Positions 13,686-27,984 of a DNA stretch of 64,000 bases are shown in pieces; the first letter of the stretch is position 1; each line of letters begins with the position of its first letter. Both the position numbers and the translations under genes were made by a program. The stretch comes from Octopus vulgaris. Taxonomy: Eukaryota. Where the stretch lies: contig OX597816.1 in assembly GCA_951406725.2 (NCBI GenBank), forward strand, positions 102,362,001-102,426,000. The letters run 5' to 3'. The notes beneath the pieces were generated by a model. It was given only the letters and a program-made list of their open reading frames with translations, had not been told where the DNA came from and made no database searches.

Positions 13686-14234
13686 TACTATGATTTCAAT
13701 TACTATTATGTCTTTTTTAGAAATATATCTTGGACAACATTTTCAACGTATCCTTATCTTGTTTAAAATAAGAAATTTGGATCATTATTTGCAGCAGATT
13801 GAATTACCAGGTAGCGACCCCTTTGTTGGCTTCTGTGAGTGAGTGAGTGTATGTGTGTTTATATAGATTAGAAGGCTTGTGGTAGTGAGGGGGTGGAAGC
13901 TTGGGTGTGCTGATGGAAGTTCGATTGAGTGGTAGAAATGATTGAAATTAAAGAATATGAGAGATGTAGTAAGAGAAACTGAGATAGAGAGAAAATGAGA
14001 AGGAGTGAGAAAGAGAGACAGAGGGAGTGAGACAGTATAATAATAAATAAATAAATAAAATGAAAAGAGTGTGCAAACAAATGTTTTGAAGTATATGAAT
14101 AGAGAGAAAGGTAATTTCTATCATTGGTACAAGACCACAAAATTTGGAAGTAGAACAGAGACAATTATATTGGCACCAGTTCTAGATTGGTACATTATTT
14201 TATTGATACCTGAAGTATAAAAGTGAACGTACGT

Positions 14235-14460
14235 GATCTAGGGATTAAGATGTTGCTCTAACCCTAAGAACGTGGTTTCGATCTCCGGACGGACAGCACC
14301 TTCTGTTCTTGAGCTAAACACTTCATTCCACGTTGCTTCAGTCCACTCAGCTGTAAATGAGTTACACTACAACTGACTGGCATCCTAACCAGGGATGATG
14401 TTGTAATGTCAGTCACTTATGCATCAATGAAATCGGGTAACCGGATGTATGAATCCTAGG
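14235..14460 (+). mobile_element. SINE family D (tRNA head + CORE-like segment)
   Basis: ggtttcgatctcc..tgttcttgagctaaacacttc..gttgcttcagtccactcagctgtaaatgagt; homologous to 41915-42114. Confidence 0.7.
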
Positions 14461-14579
14461 CCTCAAGACATCAATATCCAGAGGATGCTGCTGTTATTGT
14501 TGATGATGATGATGATGATGAAAAATAAAGCTGACATCGACGAGATTTGAACTCAGAACGTAAATAACAATAACTAAAT

Positions 14580-15015
14580 AGCTATTTCAAGTTTTGGCAG
14601 AAGGCCAGCAATTTTGGGGAGGGGTAAGTCGATTACATCGAGCCCAGTACTAAACTGGTACTCATTTTATCGACCTCCGAAAGGATGAAAGGCAAAATTA
14701 ACCTGGGCTGAATCTGAACTCAGAATGTAAAGACGGACGAAACGCCACTAAGTTCTTTGGTTAGCGTGCTAACGATTCTGCCAGCTCGCCACCGCAAACC
14801 GTAACTTAATATCCTTTCTACTATAGGCACAAGGCTTGGAATTTTGGGGTATGTGGCTAGTCGATTATATCAACCCTAGCGCTCCATTGGTACTCATGCT
14901 ATCGACTCCGAAGGGATAAAAGGTAAAGTCGACCTCGGCGAAATATGAACGAAGAACGTAAAGACGGATAGAATGACGCTAAACAATTTTTGCCGAGCGT
15001 GCCAGCGATTCTGCC
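14580..15015 (-). mobile_element. Two tandem SINE family A copies
   Basis: Homology to the family A consensus. Confidence 0.8.
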
Positions 15016-15151
15016 TCGAAGAATTTTTAGATGAATGAATCGATCCCAGTGCTTATTCTTTTTAAAGCCTGGTGCTGCTAAGTTGCGGGACGTGAATACA
15101 CTAACACCGGTTGTCAAGCGGTGATGAGGGACAGAGGTAGAACTTACACAG

Positions 15152-15235
<84 letters not shown>

Positions 15236-15241
<6 letters not shown>

Positions 15242-15294
15242 AGACATGACAGAAAGAGAGAGATACAATATATAGTGAAGCTGAGATAAACTGT

Positions 15295-15364
<70 letters not shown>

Positions 15365-15693
15365 ATTATTAATTAGAGAGATAAAAGCCAAAGAAAATAT
15401 AACTGTGAGAGGAAAATATGAGTGAGTGAGAGCGATCTGATACGAATAGAGAAACCATAGGGTGAAAGAGAAAGCGGGAGGGGGAGAGAGAGGAAGGGAG
15501 AGAAAAAGAACGAGTGAGCAAGCGAGAGAGATGGAGGGAAGAAGAGAAAGAGACAGAGAGAGAGAGAGACAGACGGATAGAGACAGAGAGAAGCAGAGAG
15601 AGCGGGGGATAGAGAGAAGAAGTGTCAGAGAGAGAGAGAGAGAGAATGAGGGAACGGGAGAGAGAGAGAGAGAGAGAGAGAATGAGGGAACGG

Positions 15694-15731
<38 letters not shown>

Positions 15732-15848
15732 GAGAGAGAGAGAATGGAGAAGCAGAGAGATAGAGGGAAAGAATGGAGAAGCAGAAAGAGAAAGAGAGAG
15801 AGAGAATGGAGAAGCACAAAGAGATAAAGAGAGAGAGAATGGAGAAGC

Positions 15849-15879
<31 letters not shown>

Positions 15880-15956
15880 ATGGGAATGCAGAGAGAGAGG
15901 GAGAAAAAAGAGAGAGGGAGGGAAAAGCAGAGAGAATAAGAAGCAGAGAAAGAGAG

Positions 15957-16007
<51 letters not shown>

Positions 16008-16008
16008 C
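15236..16008. repeat. Long (GA)n purine tract with higher-order subunits
   Basis: (GA)n plus gaatgagggaacgg x2 and gaatggagaagca x4. Confidence 0.95.
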
Positions 16009-16669
16009 TAGGTGAGTGGTTGACACTGATAGTGTACGAGTTAGGCTATTTGTCACACATGCCAATGCTTCTTCTCACCTGCATTGCTACTGCAGCCTAT
16101 CTTGTGCAGGTGTATGGAACAGATATGTGCAGCTGCTGTTGCTCTTGCTGCTGACCTCCCACTTACATCACAGCAGCATCACTGCTAATGTCAGCTTCGT
16201 CATGAGAACCACCTTCACTGCTACCACCACTGTGTGGTACGTTACACAACAGCCAAAGATAACACTCCCACCATTACCAAGTAAGGCGACGAACGAGCCG
16301 AGAGGAGAGTCACTGTATGGACGTCAAGCCTGCTAGAAACAGCAGTCACTATCCCTACTGAATGGGTTCCCCGTGTATAGGAAAGTAAGGGATAATCACG
16401 ACTGGAATCCATCTGATCATTGGACTGCTCGATTAGGCCCAACCTGGGGCTAAACCTGGGGCTAAACAACAGGAAACTAGCTAACGGTGTGAGTCTCTAC
16501 GCAGATACGAGCCTTGCTAGAGATAGTAACTATACTTCAAACCACATTTTACCATCTTAAAGAAAGAGAAGACCCGTGGACAATGTAATAGGATCAGTCG
16601 GGATTGTCATGGTAGGAGGGCATTTGATTATAGATCTGCTTGATTTGAGGGCTAAACAACGATCATTAA

Positions 16670-17025
16670 CAATGGTTTCAAATTTTGGCACAAGGCCAGC
16701 AATTTCGGGGTAAGGGATAGGTGAATTACATCGACCCAAGTGCTCAACTGGTACTTATTTTATCGACCCTGGAAGGATGAAAGGCAAAGTCGACCTCAGC
16801 AGAATACAACGACCATTAATATGTAAAGCGGCGAGCTAGCAGGATCGTTAGCATGCCGGACAAAATACTTAATGACATTTCGTCCGTTTTTACGTTCTGA
16901 GTTCAAAATCCGCTGAGGTCGACTTTACCACCCATCCTTTCGCAGTCGATAAAATAAGTACCAGTTGAACACTGGGGTCGATGTAATCGACTTAGCCCCT
17001 CCCCCAAAATTGCTGGCCTCGGGCC
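16670..17025. mobile_element. Inverted pair of SINE family A (about 16670-16805 minus, 16823-17025 plus)
   Basis: Both orientations of the consensus separated by about 20 nt. Confidence 0.85.
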
Positions 17026-17049
17026 ATATAACTATAATTTCAATCATAT

Positions 17050-18156
17050 CAATATTACTATTATTACAATCATAATCACTGCTACTATCACCTCTACCAT
17101 CACAATATAAACAGCCACCGTTACCATCAGTGACACTTCTACCACGACAATGGACATTGTAACCACTCTTATTACAACTACCATTACCACTTCCATCACT
17201 ACTACAAAGCTAGGATCACCATCAACACCACCACCACCACCACCACCTCGATTACCACCACCATTACCACCACATTGATTACCACCATCACCACTACTAC
17301 TTTCACTCCACTGCCACCGCCACCATCATCACCATTATTATCACAACCACCATCACCGGAACCACGTGGCTGGGAAGCAAGCTTCTTACTAACACAGCCA
17401 CGCCTGCACCTACAGATTGTTCGCCTAATCTTCGATCTCAATGACCATGTACTCATTTCCGTACACTCTCCCCGGTCGATGGACTACATACCATGCTACA
17501 CAGCGGCAAAGAATTCCTCCAACTGTTCTTCGGGTTGCATAAGGCAAACCCCTTGTTTTATTTTTAACCCCCCGAGGTATGCCATTTTGTATATTGCTTT
17601 TCCCTCGATGAATTTATCGGACAAGAAAGCACTGGTGTATCTCCCTCATTCTTTTTCTCTCTCTCGAGTTGAGCTATATCTTCATTTCCATTTGAACTCG
17701 TAACAATCAATGAATCAGTTCTCATGTCAGCTCAGTTGGATCATAGCTGATACGGGTACATGGGTGGTGGGGGACTGAAAAACAACGACATCAGCACCCT
17801 ATCACTATCTAAACAGTACAATCAAATCTTTAATATTACCACCAACACCAGCACCAGCACCAGCACCAGCAGCACCACCACCACCACGACTGCCGCCGCC
17901 ACCACCAGCGCCGCCGCAGCCACCACCACCACCACCACCACCGCCGCCGCCGCCGCCGTTACTGCCACCGTCGTTACCGCCACCGCAACTGCCGCCGCTA
18001 CCATTGCCGCCATCGCTTCCGCTGTCGCCGCCACTATACCACCACTACAAATCCCCCCATCATCACTACCACCGTCCACATGCCCATGCACAAGTGCACG
18101 TCCTCCCTCTCATACGCACACACGCACGCGCACGCGCACACACACATACATACCGT

Positions 18157-18191
<35 letters not shown>

Positions 18192-18847
18192 TACGTGCAA
18201 AACTGCATTGTTCTAACAAAAATAAATAAATGAATAAAAATCACATTGGATAATGTAATGTGAATTCCGGCGAACATTAAGGTTTAGAATAGAAAGATAT
18301 TATCCCGATTGGAATGCCTTTGATCATAGATCTGCAGAGTCAGGACTGGTTGACCTAGGGCTAAACAACAGCAGTAACATGCCTTTCCCTCTTGCTGCAT
18401 CACGTCACACAATTAAAACACTGACATCCATCATCCCTAGAACAACAACCTTCCCCACTTCCCCCCAGGACTCACCACCACCACCGATGCCATCACCACT
18501 ACCCCCCCCCCCCCGCATCACCACCACCCCTACCACTACCATCATCATTACATTGTCACTCCTCCATTCTGCGCTACCCCGTTACATTATCGCAATAAAT
18601 ACATCGCCGTCGATGCCGCCGCCACCATCACCACCGCCTTGACCGCCACCGTTACTACCACCACCACCACCACCACCACTACCACTTCCACACTACCACC
18701 ACCACCACCACCACTACCACCAAGACTACCACCATAACCCACCCACCACCATTGCCATCGCTATTACAATAAATGCCTGAAACACAATTCAAGATATATA
18801 TTTACACACACTATATTAACTCAAGACACCACCACCAAGACTGCCAT

Positions 18848-18916
<69 letters not shown>

Positions 18917-18930
18917 CACCACCACCACTA
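17050..18930. repeat. Degenerate trinucleotide low-complexity tracts (CAC/CCG/CTA)n
   Basis: Directly visible. Confidence 0.9.
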
Positions 18931-19681
18931 ACAATCCCATCACGGAGACTATTGTCATAACAACTGTATTTAGAAATCGCGCACATACACACATACCTGC
19001 ATACGCACACATACACACATACATACACAAGTGTATATCTAGAAACATGACTGCAAATATACATGCAACACAAGTACAAGAATACTGACTGTGGATCCTC
19101 CGTCAGTTTTAACGTTGAGTATTCAGATGATCAACCAACTGAATCCTTAATCAGGAATTTATGTGTGAGTAATTTGATATTCCACGAGTACTCTTAACGT
19201 AGTCTCACGTAGAATCAGCGCCACAAAGTATAATCCGTTGGTTTTTATGACGTCTTTTTTATCCGTTGGTTATATGTAAAAACAATTTAACATTAAATTA
19301 AAAGATTGCTCAATACATTTTAGTAGATTACATATTAACTTTTAAAAAGGAAGAGTTTGTCAGTGACTTTTAAATCTGATTTAATCGTAAGTAATAATAA
19401 AATTCAACATCAAACCAAAATAAATCGCTTAACCATATTTTCTGTCAACCCACGCCCTATTAATAGATACTTTATTCCTGTTCTCTTTTAACCCTCCTTA
19501 CTTACTATACACTACACCACACCTAATTGTCATGCTCTTAGCTCTATCTCCCCTGACAAAACATGGAAGAAAATGCCAAAGACTATACAAATAGGGAAAA
19601 TAAAAACTCAAGGAATGCAGAGATGAAAATTCGAAGTCATTGTCAACATTTTCCTTGTAAAAGTTACACACACACACACAC

Positions 19682-19765
<84 letters not shown>

Positions 19766-19854
19766 ATATATATATATATATATGCACACACATGCATATA
19801 CATATACAAAAACACACACACACGTATATATAGAGACAAACAGAGACAGAGAGT

Positions 19855-20260
19855 GAGGTAATCTAGTTTTAATAATTTATCCAATCTAGATGTTTCTACT
19901 AACAGAGCTAGGAGCTCCTTGAGTTTTGTTAAATGTTATTTCCCAAGAACCCTTCCATATCATAAACTCTTCGATTCCATAACGTCAAGATTAGCTGTGC
20001 ATGCTTAGGTAATATTGCTTCCAACATTGAACGCTACGAGGTGAAAACACATTTAGAAAATTTTTTCCCATATCTCATCCTGTAACCACCGAATTTCTTC
20101 CAACTGCCTACTGGTGGTGTTTCTGCCTCTTAAAGTCATTGACCTATAGAGCTACCCTCACACCGTCCGGTGGTATCTCTAGGCACTACCAAGTTATGAC
20201 TTTAAGGAAAGTTTCTAGCAAGAAACATTCTCCTTCAAGGGTAGGAACAGAGAAACATCC
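19855..20260 (+). mobile_element. Highly degenerate PLE fragment, same type as 28365-29012
   Basis: [55 protein letters not shown]. Confidence 0.6.
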
Positions 20261-21267
20261 ATCCCCTTGTCCCAGTCCACCAGTAGACTCCGAGTCCGGG
20301 GGCACGATTTCCGCAACATTACATGAAAAATCATTGACAGGACCCTCTTTTCTCATCTGGATTTCTTAATGGACTACCCTGCCTCCGTGAGGAATTGTGC
20401 ATATTCCAGCAGTAAGTAGTATCCGTCGATAGGAAAACTAACATATCCTCATCAATGATACGCCCTTCAAACCATTGTCCATTGAAAACCCGGAAATACC
20501 AACCCAAGCACAATAATAGGGTTTATAATCCATGCTGCCTGTACAGATTACTGTTTATTGTCATCCGGCAACTATGCTTGTCACGAAAACTCACATATAA
20601 ACTTGACACTATCCCACCGGTTGCTTCTCCATGTGGTAGCTGTTATTGAAATGTCACACTTTACAGAATGCCGACTAACTGACGCCAAGTTTCAGTTTGT
20701 TCAACCACTTGGAGTAGGCAATGAGCGAAATGATGTCATTAAAATAGTTAAAGCACCAGTGTCTATGAAACGACCAGCTGAAGGTTGAATACTCTCACCT
20801 AGAAGACACTGACACCGAATATCAGATGATGGGGAAGAATTTAGAACCCACAAAACTTAAGATTACTTGGAACCGAAACAACCCGTTCTTAAATACATAC
20901 AACTACAACTAAATATGTTGAATGTTTCTTTCTTTCGTTTATTGAACGAATCTTGCTTATCCATCCATCCATCCATCAATACACACATACATACACACAT
21001 GCATACATTCATGTGTGTATGTATTTATGTACACACGCACACTTATTTCAAACACAAACACAGATAAGGGTACAGGACGTCACCAACGGTTCAAACAACA
21101 TAAAATACGCAAGCAAACGAGTTAAACCCTGTACCCATACATACATGTGTGTATATATGTATATATATATATATATTTAATTAATAAGGTGAGAGAATAG
21201 ATACTAATTTAATACTTTTGGATTAACTGGTGCTAGAGGAGCCATATAGTGACCACTCTCTTATATT

Positions 21268-21348
<81 letters not shown>

Positions 21349-21418
21349 GGGAATAAACTATTATTCCAATCTTCCAGGTAAATTTCAGTATAATAATATT
21401 AGACCGAATTTCGTAATA

Positions 21419-21948
21419 TCTATATATATAAAACTGTAGTTGTGTGAGTGTCTGTCCCCTTTGATTTAGATTCCTAACTACTCCCACATTTTGCGGTGCA
21501 GTTTAACCAAATTCGGGTATCTTATAGTCGTAATTCATATCGAGCCCGTCTGGCTATTAGTGTGCGTCTACGATGAGTCTACGATTTAAAAAATAATTTA
21601 ACATCATTTTTTATTCCATTTTAATGCATAATTTTTCGTGTGTCGATGGCGGCGGAGTTGGCGTCCACGGTCACACCTGCACCTGTTTGCTTCTCCCCCT
21701 TCTTCCCTCCCTCGTGAAGCTGTGGGGAAGGGAGTGTAAGGAAATCAACGTCGTAAAGCGTTGTCAAGGAGACCAGCGTTCTTTTAGAACAACGACTTCA
21801 TGGCTTGAAGACACTGAGTCAACGATTTAAAAAAAAATTATCATCATTTTTTATTCCATTTTTAATGCATTTTTTGCTATAACTCTCTAAAAATGCTTAT
21901 ATAGTTATTTCCCTTACAAACCCGAGCAACGCCGGGCGATACTGCTAG
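21419..21948 (+). mobile_element. Non-autonomous Helitron
   Basis: A|TCTATATATATAAA start; hairpin cccgagcaacgccggg; CTAG|T end; related copy at 26389-26784. Confidence 0.85.
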
Positions 21949-21988
21949 TATAATATATAATATATGTACATATATATTATATATTATA

Positions 21989-22045
<57 letters not shown>

Positions 22046-22075
22046 GTATATATGGGTACAGGACGTCACCAACTG

Positions 22076-22140
<65 letters not shown>

Positions 22141-22240
22141 CATACACAGGTGATATTGCAAAATTTACCCGGCACGCCTACACACCAACCCACATGCATA
22201 ATTATGTATGTAGGTTAAATACGTGCATAATTACTCGCAA

Positions 22241-22296
<56 letters not shown>

Positions 22297-23364
22297 CCAT
22301 CAACAGATGCACAACTTAAAAAAATATACTCATGCATCTCATACGATGGACGTAATTACATGAGCCGCACACATACGAACACACTCACACATACGTCATC
22401 TCACACACACGCACATAGGTACATACATCCATATACAGATGCACCAACGATTGCACACAAAGTAATACATAGCTTCCCGCATATTCACCAATATACAAAG
22501 AACATATATTCACACTCATACGCAAAACAAACAATTTACAGGATAGACATAATTGCATACACCTACACACATATGCATACATACATCCAAATATACAAAT
22601 ACACATATATATATAATTAAACATTTATACACTCTCGTACAAACGCACATATATATATATATATACACACAGCCATAATTACCTACGATCACATATAAAA
22701 GCAGATACTAGTTACACACAATCACATACACACACAGGCGCAAGTGCGCACACAATACACACACACACATGCGCGCGCACATACAAACGATCAACTCACG
22801 CAATAAACGTAGTTAGCCGATGGTGGAACATATCTGTGATCGATCGACCTGCTTTGAAAAGATGGCAGAATTCCTCAAATTGCGTTTATATAGAATGCGG
22901 GACACGTTGTAGTTAGTGCTAGACATTCACCGAGACGGAAATAGTCGACGGCTTTCATAACAGAGCTGACCGCAAGCTAAACAACAACTAGGCAAACATA
23001 ATTACACACACACACACACGTACACACACACACACACACAAACACGCACACACACACAAACACACACACACATACACACACGCACACACACACACACACG
23101 CACACCCACACCCACACACACAAACACGCACACACGCACACACACGCACCCCCCCACACATACATATGACCGAGCCGATCCCACGTAAATTGTCAGTAAA
23201 CATTTCAAATTCAGTTCCGCAACTTCATTACGACTAATTATTTCTAACTTCTCTTACTCATCATAATTATTATTTATCAAACAACGTTATTTTAAGTTTC
23301 ACATACATACATACATACATACATACATACATACATACATACATACATACATACATACATACAT

Positions 23365-23470
23365 AGCCTGTTGTTGAAGTTGGAATTCCAATGAAGGAAC
23401 CTTGGATCTAGGTTAGAAACCGGTTCTTTCTCTACTGGCAAGAATTTTTGAAATAAACTGAATAATGACA
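23365..23470 (+). mobile_element. Short 3'-terminal retroelement fragment embedded in (CATA)n
   Basis: Homologous to the reverse complement of 51628-51728; AATAAA then (CATA)n; ttagaaacc.g.t motif shared with 24927-24945. Confidence 0.65.
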
Positions 23471-23619
23471 TACATACATACATACATACATACATACATA
23501 CATACATACATACATACATACATACATACATGCGGTGCCCCAGCATGGCCACAGCTCATTAGCTGAAACTGGAAAAATCAAAGATCAAAATCATACATGC
23601 ATACATCTCTAGTACTCTG

Positions 23620-23971
23620 ACTATAAATCCTCACTTGTGTCTATCGTTATAAGTGCATTAGACTATGTACCAATAAATTGTCCACAGACACTTAGAAGTA
23701 TTCGGTTTCAAGAAGAGTAAAAAAAAAAAAAAAAAGCTGACTCGGATTTTCCAAATCCAATCTATTTGTGGCACAGAGAAGATATTCCGAAGATTCTCCA
23801 TTTGAAATCATTATATGAATAGCAGCACACACTTGGGCGCATGCGTCGACAGCTCAGCCAACACACCAACTCGACCACATATTTACAAACACCGAGAACT
23901 CTCTTAACTCAAGAAGTTTTGATGCTTTGTTGATGAACTTTCTGAAGAACTTACATAAAACTCAGAGAAAT
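23620..23971 (+). mobile_element. RLE-type non-LTR retrotransposon 3' end with (CATA)n tail
   Basis: IVISALDYVP..LTRIFQIQSICGTEKI; 3' UTR homologous to 52965-53255 (minus). Confidence 0.7.
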
Positions 23972-24329
23972 CATACATACATACGTACATACATACATAC
24001 ATACATACATACATACATACATACATACATACATACATACATACATACATACATACATACATACATACATACATACATACATACATACATACATACATAC
24101 ATACATACACACATACACACAAACACACACACACATACATACACACATACATACATACATACATACATACACACACATACATACATACATACATACATAC
24201 ATACATACATACACACATACACTACATACATGCATACATACATACATACATACATACATACATACATACACACATACGTACATACATACATACATGCACA
24301 TACATACATGCATACATACATACACATAC

Positions 24330-24975
24330 AAAAGTGGCAACAAAACCCTTGGGTCTCCAAGATACAACCGAATATGTAGATTATGTCATATTTCTGTGGA
24401 AGACGTCACACAAGTGATTATAAGCTGCCCCAAAATGTCATCAAGTTACTACCTCCCTATGCGACACGACGTTGTCGCAAAAACTATATACAATTCCATC
24501 CAGAAAAAAAGAGTGTCTTGGAATAAATATAGAGAGTCCTCCTGCTGCTGAATACATACACAAACATCAATGCTAGGAATACTGGTGGAACATTGCCATC
24601 AAAACATCTGTTAAATGTAAACATAACAGGCCGGAAATTGCTTGGGACAGACAAAAATGTATGTACCATCATAAAGGTCAGCTGTCCTGCTGATGTGAAT
24701 ATCTCTTTGATTATAGATTCACATTTATACCGATGATAATTGGTGCACTTGATTTTGTGAGTAAAGCGTAAATGACAATCTTGGTTAAGCTAGGGATTTC
24801 AGAAAAAGAAATCAACTAACATTACAAATACAAGCTGTTAAGTTGAACAGTAAAAATATGCAAGACTTTTGTCAAGTTTAAAATGTCACATTGTTTTTGT
24901 TATCTATATGGCGCTCGTTTCTTTGTTAGAAACCAGATTCTTCCTCAGAGGAAGAATTTAAATAATTAAAAACAG
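24330..24975 (+). mobile_element. RLE-type non-LTR retrotransposon fragment (zinc knuckle + restriction-like endonuclease; R4/Dong-like)
   Basis: CRLCHISVEDVTQVIISCPKMSSSYYLPMRHDVVAK..YWWNIAIKTSVKCKHNRPEI..KVSCPADVNI. Confidence 0.8.
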
Positions 24976-25179
24976 AAGAAAACACACAGACACACACGCA
25001 CACGAATATATATTTATAGTTACATATGTATATATGTATATGTGTGTGTGTATATAAATATATATACAAGGACACTATACAGTGGCATACATATATACAT
25101 ATACGAATTTATATTTTTATGTATTTATATGTATATATGTATGTGTGTGTGTATATACATACATACAAGGACACTATAC

Positions 25180-25435
25180 TGCGATAATCTAATATTTAGA
25201 GGCCCTCAAGTATTCAACTGCTTTCTTTGGCAATCAGAAACACAGAAGGAACTTGTATCGAAACATTGAAGAAAACACTGGAGAGATTCCTAACCAATAT
25301 ACCAGAACAGACAACTATACAAAATTACACTTAATACTACTGAAAAAGAAAACATAGTAGTAAATAAACAAAGATAAGGCAATGCTCCAACTTGGCCGCA
25401 GTTCATTGAGTGAGTCCACTAAAAGAATAAATTTG
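25180..25435 (+). mobile_element. CR1/L2-like LINE 3' end
   Basis: FRGPQVFNC..ETLKKTLERFLTNIPEQ, then ggcaatgctccaacttggccgcagtt..aaaagaataaa tail. Confidence 0.65.
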
Positions 25436-26244
25436 CTATTCAGTCTTACAGTCTTTTTCTGTTTGTAGCTTATATTTTTGCGAACTCTCTCCATGATATT
25501 GCAAAATTATTTCGACTGACGCACCCTTTGCTTAAAAATCACGTTTTTCGTATGTTTCAGGTGCATGGATTACTCAAAAGAGAAGAATTTTATTACTTGT
25601 CTTATCAATATAGAAATATATATTCTTGTTTTATGGCATAAAGGGAATACAAAATAGCACGCGCAGAAACAGACTCTGGCGTACATTAAAAAAGAGTTAC
25701 ACACACACATATATATATATATGTATGCATGCAAAATAGACGAGCACACACAGACAAAGACTAGACACTCATAAACACGCATACACACACAGAGAATGAG
25801 CATACACAGACACAAAGACATAATTACATACAACCAGATCGTTACACATATACATATAATATCCTGGCATTTTCTGAATGAACAATATTTTAGCATACAT
25901 GAGCGCGAGACAAAGAGAGAAAGAGTGTGTGTGTGTGTGTGTGAGGGGAAAAGAAAAAGAGAGAGGGTGTGAGAGAAAGAAATAGTCAGGGATATAGAGA
26001 TATAGAGAAGGAGATGAATATAAAGAAGAGAGAGTAATGTAAGAGATGACAATAATGTTCAAAGGCTGCCATTGTAGCGAGATATATTTGTGTTCGCCAC
26101 ATAAGTATAGTGTGTGTTTGTATATACATTTATATCTTTGCATCTACCAGTGTATGTATGAATGTACATACATATATATGCACATGCATACATAATGGCT
26201 GTATGAGTTACACGCTGACGGTACTAAAGGCATTCATTGCTAAT

Positions 26245-26275
<31 letters not shown>

Positions 26276-26388
26276 CATATATATAATCAACATTATTCAT
26301 TATAAAAAAGACATTACATATGTACACACACGTATACACACACATGCACGTGCACACGTACACAAACGTGATTATTTTTATATTTAGA

Positions 26389-26784
26389 CTAGCAGTATCG
26401 CCCGGCGTTGCTCGGGTTTGTAAGGGAAATAACTATATAAGCATTTTTAGAGAGTTATAGCCAAAAAATAGGAAAAAAATGCATTAAAAATGGAAAAAAA
26501 ATTAAGGTAAATTTCTTTTTAAATCGTTGACACATCGTAGATATTTTTAGAGAGTTACTTCCCTTATATAATAGCGAAAAAATGCATTAAAATGGAAAAA
26601 TATGATGGTAAATTTTTTTAAATCGTAGACTCATCGTAGACGCGCGCTAATACCCAGAAGGGCTTGATATGACTCACGACTATAAGATACCCGGTTTTGG
26701 TTACACTGCACCGCAAAATGTGGGAGTAGTTAGGAATCTAAATCGTAGGAGACAGACACACAACTTCACTCTTATATATAAAGA
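26389..26784 (-). mobile_element. Non-autonomous Helitron, same family as 21419-21948
   Basis: Plus strand a|ctagcagtatcgcccggcgttgctcggg ... tatatataaaga|t. Confidence 0.85.
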
Positions 26785-26896
26785 TATAAGTCACGTAGTT
26801 ATATACACATACTTTGTTATATACACATTCTTAAAAGAAAATGTTATTTTGAATACAACATTTATAAAGAATAAAATATTTTTTGGTTTTTCTTAA

Positions 26897-27770
26897 CCCT
26901 TTCGTTACTATATTTCTGACCAAAATACACCCCTTATGTGTTTCAATTAATTTCTAACGTAATCATAAATTTAGTCTGGTTTCATTAAACAACTATAACT
27001 TTTTTATTTATCAATATATTAATCTGATTTTTGGAAGATAATTTAATGAAATGTCCTCAACCAATTCTATACTATAATTTTCGTCACAAAGTGACTCTAA
27101 TTGCAGGTAGATACAGGTAAATTCAACAATATATAAAATTATTAAAATTTTGTTCAAACATCGCTATAGAAAATGGGTTATTAGCTAATATTCAATTGGG
27201 TATACAACAAAATTTTACGATAGAATTTGTTATTCTTGGTAACTTTCTGATACCCATAATAATATTTATGGCAAAATTGGCCTTAATTTCATTTAAGGTT
27301 GTGGGAAATAACAAACTATCCTTTCTTTCGCTTTGTTTACGTTTAGCGTAACGGTTCGTTTCTGCCGTAATGATTTCAAATGGGCTCATTCGAAAAAGTA
27401 AATAGAAATAGTTTAAGGCTTTACTCTTCTGGGAAAGTCTGTGGCTTGGTGCAGTTTCTTCAGAAAAATCACCGAAAGAAACAGTTTTTAAATTTTCACT
27501 CCATTCAGGTACCAATTCATTTTCTTAATCGCTGTCGGATTCACTGTTTTCACTTTAATAGCTGCCAACTTGCAAAGACAAAGGAGGAGAAGGGTGATAG
27601 CGTCAGTGAAACAGTTCGCTCCGTTTGTGTGTGTGTGCGTTTGCGTGTGGTGTAAGCCACACTAAGAAAAACATTTGACATATACACCACAATGTGAGTT
27701 TTCTCTAAATTTTGCTTAATTGGGGTTGAAATTTTAAAAAGTGGACCTGGCTCGACCCGATGCATTCTAC
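26897..27770 (-). mobile_element. piggyBac deletion derivative with transposase N-terminal remnant
   Basis: TTAA|CCCT terminus at 26893-26900; ORF 27192-27515 LNYFYLLF..EIITAETNRYA..PTTLNEIKANFAINIIMGIRKLPRI; other terminus not seen. Confidence 0.75.
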
Positions 27771-27905
27771 TCTTAAAAATGCTAGGTAAATTGTAATTGA
27801 AGAAATCCTATATTGTAGATTTCTATAAGATACAAAGGGAGGCAGATAAAATCTGCCTTTTATAATAAGAGATATGTTTATCCTATTCTCTTTCACACTT
27901 TTATC

Positions 27906-27945
<40 letters not shown>

Positions 27946-27984
27946 GTAAATGTCGAACGATGAAAATAAGTGCTCAACACCGCA

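Noticed and set aside
15101-16065. ER-rich and LS-rich ORFs
   Set aside because: (GA)n translation
17202-18642. Poly-Thr/Ala/Pro mucin-like ORFs
   Set aside because: Trinucleotide low complexity; no domain or supported exon structure
23385-23430. Hammerhead in CCAATGA..GAAACCGGTT
   Set aside because: Two core changes including G5, and no adjacent stem I; better explained as a LINE 3' UTR hairpin
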